Shown piece by piece: positions 1 through 9,044 of a stretch of DNA of 32,000 nucleotides. This stretch comes from Coprobacillaceae bacterium (GTDB lineage: Bacteria > Bacillota_I > Bacilli_A > Erysipelotrichales > Coprobacillaceae). The notes below the pieces were generated by a model. The model did no database searches and was not told where the DNA came from. It worked only from the letters and a program-made list of their open reading frames with translations. Every line of letters begins with the position of its first letter. Position 1 is the first letter of the stretch. Both the position numbers and the translations under genes were made by a program. Location of the stretch: the NCBI GenBank assembly GCA_963675515.1, contig OY776328.1:2100001-2132000 (forward strand), read 5' to 3'.

Positions 1-1542
1 CAAAATGTTGCTCCTGTCAACAGTTTCAAGTTCGTCAAAATGGATATTCGGTGCCAGTCTTGACAGCGCCATATTCTTGTTTGTTTCATTTTTATGTTCG
101 ATCACCCTGACGATATAGTCGCTTATATTCTGGTTATCTTTCGAGTCGATGAAAGGTGTGACAAAAACGTAGTCAATCCCATACGATTCAACCTTTGATT
201 TGAGTTTTTCATTCGTCGCGATCACCAGTTCAAAATCAATCCGGTCATTATTCATCAGATAATCGACTTCGTACTGGCTATGCAAAAACAGCTCGACGCT
301 ACGGTATTGAGCCATGTTCTCGACTTTCCTCTTGATATTGTTCAATACGATATCGCCAAATTCACTGATGATCGCAATTTTTACCGGATCATCGTTAAGA
401 TGCAGGGCGCTGTCGATTATCAGGGCTATTGAGGCCATATCATCGATGGGAACGTATTTATTGTTGCTGTGGATCAACCCCCGCAGGTTAAGGGCGACTT
501 CAAAGGCAAATGGATGCTTTTGGATGATTGCCTGGGTGTAGCTGTTGCGCTCCATGATATTCTTACTGGCCTTGGAAATGATTTTGGTTGTCTCACCTAG
601 GAGCATGTCCTTTATCCCATCACTGTAGCGCAAAAAATATTCGTTCCAGGAAATCTCGTAAAAATCTTCAAGAACGCTTCGAGCTTCAAGCACATCCACT
701 TCACTTATGCTTTCAAGGGTGCGGTTGACAAATTCGTACTCAAGCTCTTTCCACTGGGAAAGTGGCAAAGTAAATTCGGGTGCGCTTTGTTCAATCATGT
801 AATTGATGAATTCATTCTCGATAACCCCCGAACTGTCGACAAGGTGCTCATTTCTTGTTCTAACCAGGGCAATCAGACAGGTGATGATAAACAAGGAGAT
901 TGAAATATCTTTGGTTTTCAACCCAAACCTGAACATTCCCTCGGTAATCAGACGAAGCATCTTTTCATAAATCGACATAAGGTCTTCATCGATGAATTTG
1001 ACAAGGATCACACATATCATCCGCGGTTCCTCGATGTAATACATCAGGAAATAACTAGCGAGCAGCCTTCTCCTTTTCTCGGGAATTAAAACATAGGTGC
1101 CTTTTTGAGAGTGCTCAATGGCAACGTGCATGTCTTTCAATGTGGCCAAAGCTTTGTCCATATCCAATTTGGCAGTGCTTTTCGCCACATAAAGATCTTT
1201 GGCGATGGTATCCAGACTAACCGGTTTCTCTCCAAACAGGAGCACAAGTGCTATATATGCCTGTCTTTGAGCAGGCATGGTTGGAAAATAATTCTCCAGA
1301 TCATAGAAATGGCGATCCATGTAGGCGAGTATTTTTGCTTTGTGAGCGGGGGTGATCCGGTAACCATTATGGGTATCGCTTTCAATATAACCGCCAGAAT
1401 CCTTTAGCTGTTTGTTGAGATCATGGATATCATAGCGGATTGTCCGAGCGGTAACTCCATACTTTTTAGCCATATCACCCGATTTGACAAAGCCGATTGC
1501 GTTAATCAATTCATTTAGGATATTGTTTCTTCTTTCCTGCAT
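1..1542 (-). CDS. PRD/PTS-regulatory-domain transcriptional regulator (LicR/MtlR/BglG-type), 3' end runs off the window
   Basis: It is absent from the ORF track because no stop codon falls in the window. My own reverse-strand translation is open from the ATG at 1542 to base 1 (514 codons), with GGAG at 1550-1553 and a 7-nt spacer. The product begins MQERRNNILNELINAIGFVKSGDMAKKYGVTARTIRYDIHDLNKQL, a DeoR/HTH_11-like helix-turn-helix. This is followed by a second winged-helix-like segment, long helical PRD-like regions, and an EIIB-like segment (PVKIAIISEFGDIVLNNIKRK...ELVIATNEK). Confidence 0.6.
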   Translation of the reverse strand, partial: MQERRNNILNELINAIGFVKSGDMAKKYGVTARTIRYDIHDLNKQLKDSGGYIESDTHNGYRITPAHKAKILAYMDRHFYDLENYFPTMPAQRQAYIALVLLFGEKPVSLDTIAKDLYVAKSTAKLDMDKALATLKDMHVAIEHSQKGTYVLIPEKRRRLLASYFLMYYIEEPRMICVILVKFIDEDLMSIYEKMLRLITEGMFRFGLKTKDISISLFIITCLIALVRTRNEHLVDSSGVIENEFINYMIEQSAPEFTLPLSQWKELEYEFVNRTLESISEVDVLEARSVLEDFYEISWNEYFLRYSDGIKDMLLGETTKIISKASKNIMERNSYTQAIIQKHPFAFEVALNLRGLIHSNNKYVPIDDMASIALIIDSALHLNDDPVKIAIISEFGDIVLNNIKRKVENMAQYRSVELFLHSQYEVDYLMNNDRIDFELVIATNEKLKSKVESYGIDYVFVTPFIDSKDNQNISDYIVRVIEHKNETNKNMALSRLAPNIHFDELETVDRSNIL

Positions 1543-2422
1543 GTTATATCTCCAATTTGGTTCTTATGCTATTATATCATCATCGATAACAAATCGATGG
1601 AACCATTTTATGATAACAAACAAATCCCGTAGAGTCACGATAATTGTCAGTATAGTGGACAATCACCGGTTTCGAATGACTTAAAAAAAAGAAATATATT
1701 AGCTGAGTTTTTGTTTAAACATAAACATTTAGATCAATTAACTATACACATGATTCAAATATGGAGTTAATGCGAACTTATTCTATGTATCTCATATTTT
1801 TGACAGTGTTAATATGCCTATTCTTGGACGTTATCATATGTGTAAGACTATCATATTCGTAAATTCCCAAGAACATAGGCTACTTTATATAATCATAGAA
1901 TGCAATATCGCCACAGAAATATGTATAGACACACGCCGCCAATCAATTCATAAAATTAATTAGCTTCGTAGAAATTCGATTTCATCACCAATATCGGTTG
2001 CTTATACTCCTAAAAGCCACTGGAACCAAGTAATGCCTCATCTTCAATATCATCCGCACCGATATCATTGGACTGACTGATCAAAGCCTTGATGGCCTTG
2101 CCGTACTAATAGTGTTCGGTAATTAATTCACTTGGTACCTCTAGTTGAACGGATTCATCGCTTTGTAAAAATCATCCTCAATATATGCTGCCTCCGCGCC
2201 TGGGGACCGGTCGATTTCGACTCAGTCCGGTTGAAGTTTTGTGTCTTGTGCTGGACGGCATTGCTTTTGGTGCCGCTGCGGTGCCGACCGATCCTTTGGT
2301 ACGCAAGGAAGATCTTGCTCACCATCAAATCCAGATGATAACAGCTAATCACGACATCATCGATATCAATCTTCAAATAGTTGAGAAACCGGATACCAGA
2401 ATTTACCAACCCGATAGTCGAT

Positions 2423-4525
2423 TTAACTTCTTTTATATCCTATGACCGTGAATGAAAGCGGCATAATCATTCCGTCTTCAAATTCATCGCCAACGATGAA
2501 CTCGGCTCCTTTTTCGGTTTCCACCGCAAAGGAAACATCCGAAGGATTGATATAAATGACAAATCGGCCATATTCTCCTTCATCCTGTTCAAGCCTGTAT
2601 ATCAACATCTTGAAATCAACACACTCGACATCGATATTGGCCTCGGTTTCCTCTCGCGAATTATACATGAAGCATTTGTTTTTCTTGCGTAGTTCGATCA
2701 TTTTTTTAATAATTTTCAGATCTTCCTCGCAATCATCAATCAGGTTCCAGTCAATCGCATTTATCGCATCTGACTCATTGTAGCTGTTATTGCAACCGTT
2801 TTTCTGACGATAAAACTCCTGACCCGCATGAATGAACGGAACGCCCTGAGCAACCAGCACGAATTCGGTCATCATCAGCTGGCGTTTTCTTCTGACAGCT
2901 TCGCCTTCATCGCCATTGCTGAGGAGCAACTTGTCATATGTTGTCGCATTGTCATGGCATTCAACGTAATTGATTGATTGATTAGTTGTAGTATAACGAT
3001 TGGTATTTAGCAGGTAATTTATCGAATTTTCCGTATAGTGCATGTTTCCAGCGATCCAGCCTTTGTTGCCTAATTCCTCATCCGACGAACCGCCTTTGAT
3101 GCAGTCGCGGAAATCATCGTTGAAAAACGAGATATTGGGCATCAGGGCATGGTTGAACTGATAGCCCTTCATTTCTTCGGGCAAAGCGGTATTCATATCC
3201 CAGCCTTCTCCATACATGATGAAGTCGGGGTCATAATTGCTGCAAACCTCGTAGATACTATTGAGCGTCACGACATCGACAATCCCCATCAGATCGAACC
3301 GGTAGCCGTCGACTCCGTAAAGCTGTTGCCACCGTTTGGACATGTCGACGATGTACTTTCGGGCCATTGAGGCATCACTGTTGAAGTCATTGCCGCACAA
3401 GGAACCGTTGCAAAGATAGCCGTTGGTGTCTTTTCTGAAATAATAACCCGGAACCGTCCGTTCAAATGCCGAGGCGTTGATGTCGTAGACGTGATTGTAG
3501 ACCACATCCATGACAACCCGCAATCCGGCTTGGTGCAGTTTGGCAATCATGGTCTGACATTCGATAATCCGGTTGTATCCATCTTCGGGATCGGTGCAAT
3601 AGCTTCCTTCGGGAACCCCGTATTGGGCTGGGTCATAACCCCAGTTGTATAGGGTGTCGACATTATTTTCTTCTACTGTCGCAAAATCGAAGATCGGCAA
3701 TAGTTGGACATGGGTGATACCCAGTCCCATCAGATAGTCCAGTCCCGCCGGACTTCCGTTTTCAGTGACCAGGCCGCGTTCGACCATGCCCAGGAATTTA
3801 CCGCGCAGCTTGGCATTGATGCTTTCACTCTTGGTGAAGTCCCGGACGCTGATTTCATAAAGAATGGCATCCTGTTTCTTGATATTGGGAATCAGAAAAT
3901 CCCGATTCGATTCTTTGAGCAGTTTCTCAGGATTGATCACCACCGAAGCTTTGGAATTCGAACGTGACCCCAGAGCATATGGATCGATGGTTTCAATATA
4001 CGCATCATGATGTTTGACCAGGTAAGTGTAGCTCACTTTGTCGAGATCACCACTGACTTCCACACTGAAAACTCCTTTGTCACCCCGGGTCATCATATGG
4101 GTTTCAAAACTTTCTTGCCGTTCGATCTTGACCATGACATGAAGCGCTGTGGGCGCCCACAATTTGAAAACGGTCTGCTCCTTGGCATATGTCGCCCCCA
4201 GGTCATCATTGGGGTAATAGAATTCATCATCGAAGTCTTTCATGTGAATCAGGTTGCCATAGGTCAGGGTTTCGGCCAAGCCATGGGTATCGACAACTTG
4301 ATAATCATGTGTCAAATCAATTCCTTCAATGTCTCTTAAGATATAGTAATTGTAGCTTTCATCTTCACTATGCGCATCGATATTTAGTTCTTCAAATGTG
4401 TTTTTGGAAAGATCGTGCAGATAAAATTTATCCGATTGACCTGAGTAATAATTGTTTGAAAGCTTGACAATAATACTCTTAAGATCAATCAATTGCGCAA
4501 CCATTCTGATGGCTGAGCGTTCCAT
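2423..4525 (-). CDS. pulA: Type I pullulanase (GH13 debranching enzyme)
   Basis: The 700-aa ORF carries the pullulanase signature YNWGYDP. It also has the four GH13 conserved regions: DVVYNH, GYRFDLMG, YGEGWD and YVECHDN. The SD GGGGG lies at 4532-4536. No signal peptide is obvious. Confidence 0.9.
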   Translation of the reverse strand: MERSAIRMVAQLIDLKSIIVKLSNNYYSGQSDKFYLHDLSKNTFEELNIDAHSEDESYNYYILRDIEGIDLTHDYQVVDTHGLAETLTYGNLIHMKDFDDEFYYPNDDLGATYAKEQTVFKLWAPTALHVMVKIERQESFETHMMTRGDKGVFSVEVSGDLDKVSYTYLVKHHDAYIETIDPYALGSRSNSKASVVINPEKLLKESNRDFLIPNIKKQDAILYEISVRDFTKSESINAKLRGKFLGMVERGLVTENGSPAGLDYLMGLGITHVQLLPIFDFATVEENNVDTLYNWGYDPAQYGVPEGSYCTDPEDGYNRIIECQTMIAKLHQAGLRVVMDVVYNHVYDINASAFERTVPGYYFRKDTNGYLCNGSLCGNDFNSDASMARKYIVDMSKRWQQLYGVDGYRFDLMGIVDVVTLNSIYEVCSNYDPDFIMYGEGWDMNTALPEEMKGYQFNHALMPNISFFNDDFRDCIKGGSSDEELGNKGWIAGNMHYTENSINYLLNTNRYTTTNQSINYVECHDNATTYDKLLLSNGDEGEAVRRKRQLMMTEFVLVAQGVPFIHAGQEFYRQKNGCNNSYNESDAINAIDWNLIDDCEEDLKIIKKMIELRKKNKCFMYNSREETEANIDVECVDFKMLIYRLEQDEGEYGRFVIYINPSDVSFAVETEKGAEFIVGDEFEDGMIMPLSFTVIGYKRS

Positions 4526-4540
4526 AATTCACCCCCTATA

Positions 4541-4548
4541 AGTTTTTG
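4541..4548. repeat. Target-site duplication AGTTTTTG (left copy)
   Basis: An identical 8-mer abuts the outer edge of each terminal inverted repeat. The second copy is at 6227-6234. Confidence 0.85.
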
Positions 4549-6226
4549 GGTAGTGTCAAAACCAGTTAGTTATTTACAACCATAATTAACTGGAAAACCG
4601 CATTCTACCTTGGTTTTTTATATATTTAGGTGAATTCCCCCGGATTTCACCCTATAATTTGACCATTTTGTTTACAAAAAAAGGTAACAGCCTCATAATT
4701 GTAAGTGTCTAAACCACAATAAGGAGGACTGTTACCATGGTCAAAATTATATCATTAATAATCAATTTTTTAAATATCATTCGTAGATTTTTGTACAAAT
4801 TTGAGTGTTTCCTGCTAAAGCATCTTCCCAGTGATGGTACGGATTCAAGTAAGAGTGAACCATATCGTCGTTTCAAAATGCATCCGCTTCCTGTTATTGA
4901 ACCGCAATTAATCCCCATCCCATTTCAACAGGCCAGGGATGAGTATGAATCCAAACATAAACGACCTTTGAAACCGGTGTTTAGACATGAAGGCAAAGAC
5001 TATCCATCTGAAGATACTGTTTGCCCACATTGCGGCGCCACTCATGAATACCTGACTTTCAACAACGGAATCAAGAAATCCCAAGTTAAGTGCAAAGTTT
5101 GTGATACGACTTTCTCACTTAATAAGAGTTATTCGCAACAATTGATCCGCAAGTGTCCTCACTGCGGCCGCAAGTTGACGTTGATCAAATCACGTGATGG
5201 TTTTGATGTCTATAAATGTCAAAACTCTAGATGTTCTCACTATAAGAGTGAGTTGAAGAAACTAACAAAAGAAGATAAAAAGAAATACAAGGTAAATCCT
5301 TCTAAATTCTCGCTTCACTACATAACCCGCGTCTTCGATGCTTCAATCGAAAAACTTGAAAGCATCCAGCTGAAAATAGCACCATCAAAAGTTGATCTCT
5401 CCAGAATCCACAATTCTAAGCATGTTTTAGGCCTAGCGTTGACGTATTACGTTAATTATGGCCTGTCTCTTAGAAAAACCGCTTTGGTTTTATACGAGAT
5501 TCACGATATCAAAATATCCCATCAAACAATAGCTAACTACGCTCAGGCAGCCAGCCATCTCCTATTTCCGTGGATGGATAACTACAAGCACGATTTGAAC
5601 TCGTATCATTGCGGAGACGAAACATACGTCAAAGTTTTAGGAAAAAAAGCCTATGTATTTTTCATGTGCGATGTTAGGAAAAAAATAATAACTTCGTATC
5701 GAATTTTCATGAAAAGAGATACCTTTGCGGCTATAAATGCCTTTTATTCAGTCATGAGAAAATTCAAAAAGTTACCGACTGACTTTGAGATCGTTGTTGA
5801 CGGAAATCCGATATATAAAGCCGCTCAACAGTATTTTCAAATCAAAAGAGTATTTTTTAAAGTGACTCAAGTAATTGGACTTACGAATGATGATCCTGTA
5901 TCAAAAGAACATCGCCCTGCCAAACAAATAATAGAGCGTTTGAATAGAACATTTGGAGAAACCTACGCGATCAAAAATGGCTTCAACTCATTGGATGGCG
6001 CAAATGATTTCATGTGTCTGTTCACAACATATTTCAATTTCCTAAGAAATCACACCTCCCTGGGATACAAGCCACCAGTTGAATTGGATTGTTTGAAGAA
6101 AACTCATAACATGCCAAACAAGTGGAACATCCTCATGGAAGAAGCGCTTAGGTATTACCGACAAAACGAACACGAAACTCTATTATGAAAAAATCACTGT
6201 TTTTCCATAACGAATTTGACACTACC
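4549..6226 (+). mobile_element. Complete IS6-family insertion sequence (1678 bp)
   Basis: The terminal inverted repeats are perfect over 12 bp: GGTAGTGTCAAA at 4549-4560 and its reverse complement TTTGACACTACC at 6215-6226. Similarity continues imperfectly further inward. A single DDE transposase ORF lies inside. The element is flanked by an 8-bp direct repeat, and both the 8-bp duplication and the GG-initiated ends are typical of IS6/IS26-type elements. Confidence 0.85.
4737..6188 (+). CDS. IS6-family DDE transposase with a long N-terminal zinc-ribbon extension
   Basis: The ORF is 483 aa, with GGAGG 9 nt upstream of the ATG. The DDE core is GDETYVKV (identical to the IS26-type DETYVKV motif), VVDGNPIY and IIERLNRTF. 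The N-terminal 200 aa carries CxxC pairs: CPHCG...CKVCD and CPHCG...CQNSRCSH. Confidence 0.85.
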   Translation: MVKIISLIINFLNIIRRFLYKFECFLLKHLPSDGTDSSKSEPYRRFKMHPLPVIEPQLIPIPFQQARDEYESKHKRPLKPVFRHEGKDYPSEDTVCPHCGATHEYLTFNNGIKKSQVKCKVCDTTFSLNKSYSQQLIRKCPHCGRKLTLIKSRDGFDVYKCQNSRCSHYKSELKKLTKEDKKKYKVNPSKFSLHYITRVFDASIEKLESIQLKIAPSKVDLSRIHNSKHVLGLALTYYVNYGLSLRKTALVLYEIHDIKISHQTIANYAQAASHLLFPWMDNYKHDLNSYHCGDETYVKVLGKKAYVFFMCDVRKKIITSYRIFMKRDTFAAINAFYSVMRKFKKLPTDFEIVVDGNPIYKAAQQYFQIKRVFFKVTQVIGLTNDDPVSKEHRPAKQIIERLNRTFGETYAIKNGFNSLDGANDFMCLFTTYFNFLRNHTSLGYKPPVELDCLKKTHNMPNKWNILMEEALRYYRQNEHETLL

Positions 6227-6234
6227 AGTTTTTG
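6227..6234. repeat. Target-site duplication AGTTTTTG (right copy)
   Basis: It is identical to 4541-4548 and lies immediately outside the right inverted repeat. Confidence 0.85.
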
Positions 6235-6525
6235 ATTTCATACGAATTTATTCCGTAAAATCGACTGTTATTAAATACAAATTGCTCCAGTCAAGAAAAA
6301 TTGCCTCTATTATTCTAACAATATTTAGATAAATATTCTTATTTCCATGGTAATTAATTCATCTTCTTACTGGCTGAATGTTTGATAGGCTACAAGTTTG
6401 CCACAAGCAATTTTATTGAGCCGTTGGAAGTGGTATGCTTTTGTGGAAAAAGGTTAAAATAAATCTATTGGAGGTCGTATTTCAATTATGCGACGGCAGT
6501 TTGTGTTTTCATGCAAATATACAGT

Positions 6526-8163
6526 TTAGTCTAACTGATTTTCGACATAATCAATTATGTCCTGGCCGCCATTTTCAAGATATGTTTGGACAAATTCATC
6601 GAAATAGTCAATATCTTTGTATCCGGATATTATTTGAATGAACGCATCTTGCTCATATTGATCCAGATCAGCCTTTATAGTTTCACATGGTCCATAATTG
6701 CCTGAATAAACAGAACTGATTTGGACAAGCTTGTCTTGGTCGAACAGTTCGATTGCACTTATTCTTGAAGTGTATACCGCCCAATCTAGTGGGGATGTTG
6801 AACCATTTAGATATCGGGTGATTGATGTCATATATGATTGTTCGAGTGTTGTAAGCTCAAAAATGTCATTAGAATTTATCGCCCGGATAATATTGCTTGT
6901 AGTTTTCACAAGTGCATCCTGATAATCTATGTTGATTGCAATTGGACGGGCAGTCGGATCGACATTCAATGAAAAGTAATCATTGATTTCAGTCGCATCG
7001 TCAGTTTCATAACGGGTGTAGTCAAAAATAACCGATGCCATTTTGAAAATGATTTCCGGATGATCAAAATCTTTTGAGACTACAATATATTTGTCAACCG
7101 GATTTGTCGAGTGGTATGTCGTGACATTATTATCCGTAGAAATAAGATAAGGGGTCCAAGTGGCATCCGGGTCGATTGTGACTGCATCGACCAGGGGGTT
7201 GTTTGGCGACCACCAAGGGCCGAAGAAACAACCACATTGGCCGTTGACAATTAAATTGTAAATATTCGAATCATCCCTGAGCATGAAATCCTGATCTATT
7301 ATATTTCTCTGGTAGAGATCAGCCAAATATGCAAGAGCTTCTTTAGTGCTCTGAGTCAATGATCCATAGGTTAAATTACTGTCATCGTCAATAAGCCACT
7401 GTTTCGGAAAAGAATTGAATGCTGCAAAATAAATATCCATAAGATACTTGGCGCTTGCTCCATTTTCACCCGCAATATCTTTTGAAAGTACAAGTCCTAC
7501 AGTATCATCTACACCATTATTGTCAGGATCGTTTGATATGAACTCGGATACGATATCTTCGATATCATATATAGAACTTGGTTCATCAAGTCCGAGTTCT
7601 TCAAGCCAGTCGCTTCTAAGCCAAAGCAAATTTGGTCCATCATCGATATTGAGTCCGGGGAGTGCCCAAATTTTATCGTCAATGGTCACACTTCCAATCA
7701 CATCGCTATTGTAAGAACTGTAAATTTCTTTTATTGTAGAAGTAGTGCAATCTTGATAACAATCAGTCAGGTCGGCAATCATATCATGCTCGACGAGGTA
7801 CTGCAATTGTTCCTGAGAGGATATCATGAATACATCTGGTAGATTGTTTTGGCTTATCATCAAGTTGATACCGTTGTCATAGTTAGTACCGCTGTTTTCA
7901 AAAACATCAATATTCTGAATGTTCAGATATTCCTTCAAATAGCGTGTATAGGCATTGTTTTCGTAAGTGTCACCGTCAGGCATGTTTGAATTATTTACCG
8001 ATGACTCATTAGCCAAAGTATAGGTTACTGTTTCATCATACTTGCCATATGGAGTTGAACTTGCCAAACTGTCTCCAGCCTGGTCAGTGGAATCGGCTGG
8101 AGACTTAGAAACACACCCAGATATTAGTATCAATGATAAGAAAATCAATCCGAATTTTTTCAT
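6526..8163 (-). CDS. Large extracellular solute-binding lipoprotein (LplA/YtcQ-like family-1 SBP), second SBP of the operon
   Basis: The 545-aa ORF has a lipoprotein signal MKKFGLIFLSLILISGC (lipobox LISGC). Its size and N-terminal pattern (YGKYDETVTYT...YENNAYTRYLKEYLNI...NLPDVFM) are typical of the roughly 500-550 aa LplA-type sugar-binding proteins. It starts 2 nt after the MalG-like stop. Confidence 0.7.
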   Translation of the reverse strand: MKKFGLIFLSLILISGCVSKSPADSTDQAGDSLASSTPYGKYDETVTYTLANESSVNNSNMPDGDTYENNAYTRYLKEYLNIQNIDVFENSGTNYDNGINLMISQNNLPDVFMISSQEQLQYLVEHDMIADLTDCYQDCTTSTIKEIYSSYNSDVIGSVTIDDKIWALPGLNIDDGPNLLWLRSDWLEELGLDEPSSIYDIEDIVSEFISNDPDNNGVDDTVGLVLSKDIAGENGASAKYLMDIYFAAFNSFPKQWLIDDDSNLTYGSLTQSTKEALAYLADLYQRNIIDQDFMLRDDSNIYNLIVNGQCGCFFGPWWSPNNPLVDAVTIDPDATWTPYLISTDNNVTTYHSTNPVDKYIVVSKDFDHPEIIFKMASVIFDYTRYETDDATEINDYFSLNVDPTARPIAINIDYQDALVKTTSNIIRAINSNDIFELTTLEQSYMTSITRYLNGSTSPLDWAVYTSRISAIELFDQDKLVQISSVYSGNYGPCETIKADLDQYEQDAFIQIISGYKDIDYFDEFVQTYLENGGQDIIDYVENQLD

Positions 8164-8165
8164 AG

Positions 8166-9044
8166 TTATCCTTTCACGGCGCCTGACATACCCTCAGCGA
8201 AAAATCTTTGCATGAATATGAATAAGATTGCAATCGGGATGGAAACACAAACGGCCCCTGCAGCAAAACTGGTGTACCAGCTGTCGATGTATTCCTTTTC
8301 CAACATTTTCCACAAACCTAAAGCTACAGTATAATACTGCGAATTAGCTCTGACAATAACTTTGGCAAAAATAAAATCGAGCCAAGGGGCTAAAAATGCG
8401 GTAATTGCAGTATAAACAATGATTGGTTTGGATAGTGGAATTGTAATTCTGGTGAATACTTGCCATTTGGTTGCACCATCTATATAGGCGGCTTCATCGA
8501 GTGCTTTTGGAATCGTATCAAAGAACCCTTTCGCGATAAAGAATCCCAGCCCGGACCCGCCCGAATATACAAGAACAAGTGCCACCCGGATCATCACTCC
8601 TTCTGAAAGTCCAAGCGTCTTTAGTATATAATATACCGCAACCATGGACATAAATCCAGGGAATAGTCCCATTATAATCGCAAGATTCATAAGAGGTTTA
8701 CGCATTTTGAAACGCAACCTGCTCATAACATATGCAACTGACAGTACGAAGAATATTGATATGATGCATGAAAACACGGCAATAATCAGTGTGTTTCCAA
8801 ACATTCTTGGAAAGTTAAGAATATTTGTGTTGGTGAAAAGATTGACATAGTTGTCAAACGTTAAATTTTTTGGAAAGAAGGTTGTCACATATGATCCAGG
8901 TTCTTGCCTCAATGAAGTCATTATTACCCAAAAGATAGGGAGTACCCATATTATGGAAAGAACAGCCAGAATAGTGTGCACCACGATATTGTTGACAAGT
9001 CGTTTGCGTTTGTACGATTTTGGAAGTTTTTCTATTTTCATCAC
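8166..9044 (-). CDS. malG: Maltodextrin/sugar ABC transporter permease (MalG/MdxG-like)
   Basis: The 292-aa multi-TM protein has the EAA loop LDEAAYIDGATKWQVFTRITIPLSKP. The track start at 9044 is a GTG. An ATG at 9041 overlaps the upstream TGA (ATGTGATGA), which suggests translational coupling. Confidence 0.8.
   Translation of the reverse strand: MMKIEKLPKSYKRKRLVNNIVVHTILAVLSIIWVLPIFWVIMTSLRQEPGSYVTTFFPKNLTFDNYVNLFTNTNILNFPRMFGNTLIIAVFSCIISIFFVLSVAYVMSRLRFKMRKPLMNLAIIMGLFPGFMSMVAVYYILKTLGLSEGVMIRVALVLVYSGGSGLGFFIAKGFFDTIPKALDEAAYIDGATKWQVFTRITIPLSKPIIVYTAITAFLAPWLDFIFAKVIVRANSQYYTVALGLWKMLEKEYIDSWYTSFAAGAVCVSIPIAILFIFMQRFFAEGMSGAVKG

Noticed and set aside
1761-1862. 33-codon hydrophobic mini-ORF (MELMRTYSMYLIFLTVLICLFLDVIICVRLSYS) that could resemble a type I toxin or small membrane peptide.
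   Set aside because: It has no Shine-Dalgarno sequence and no obvious promoter or antisense partner. Such ORFs arise easily by chance in AT-rich DNA. It is worth only a glance in ribosome-profiling data.
2155-2409. Possible GH1 or PTS-EIIB identity for the 84-aa minus-strand ORF (IDIDDVVISCYHLDLMVSK...).
   Set aside because: I tried aligning it from memory to the GH1 C-terminus (which is present in intact form at 31833-32000) and to EIIB-cellobiose. The matches were too weak and needed arbitrary gaps, so the identity is left unassigned.
4549-4600. Outward-facing hybrid promoter from the IS6 left end toward pulA: TTGACA in the inverted repeat plus TATAGG in the flank.
   Set aside because: The spacer is only 13 nt and the -10 is poor. 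I therefore do not call it a promoter, and the question is left open in the IS6 finding.
6320-6337. AT-only palindrome AATATTTA-GA-TAAATATT in the displaced pulA upstream region, as a possible operator.
   Set aside because: It is composed entirely of A/T apart from the centre, in an AT-rich intergenic region. There is no cognate LacI-type regulator in the window. It could easily be chance.
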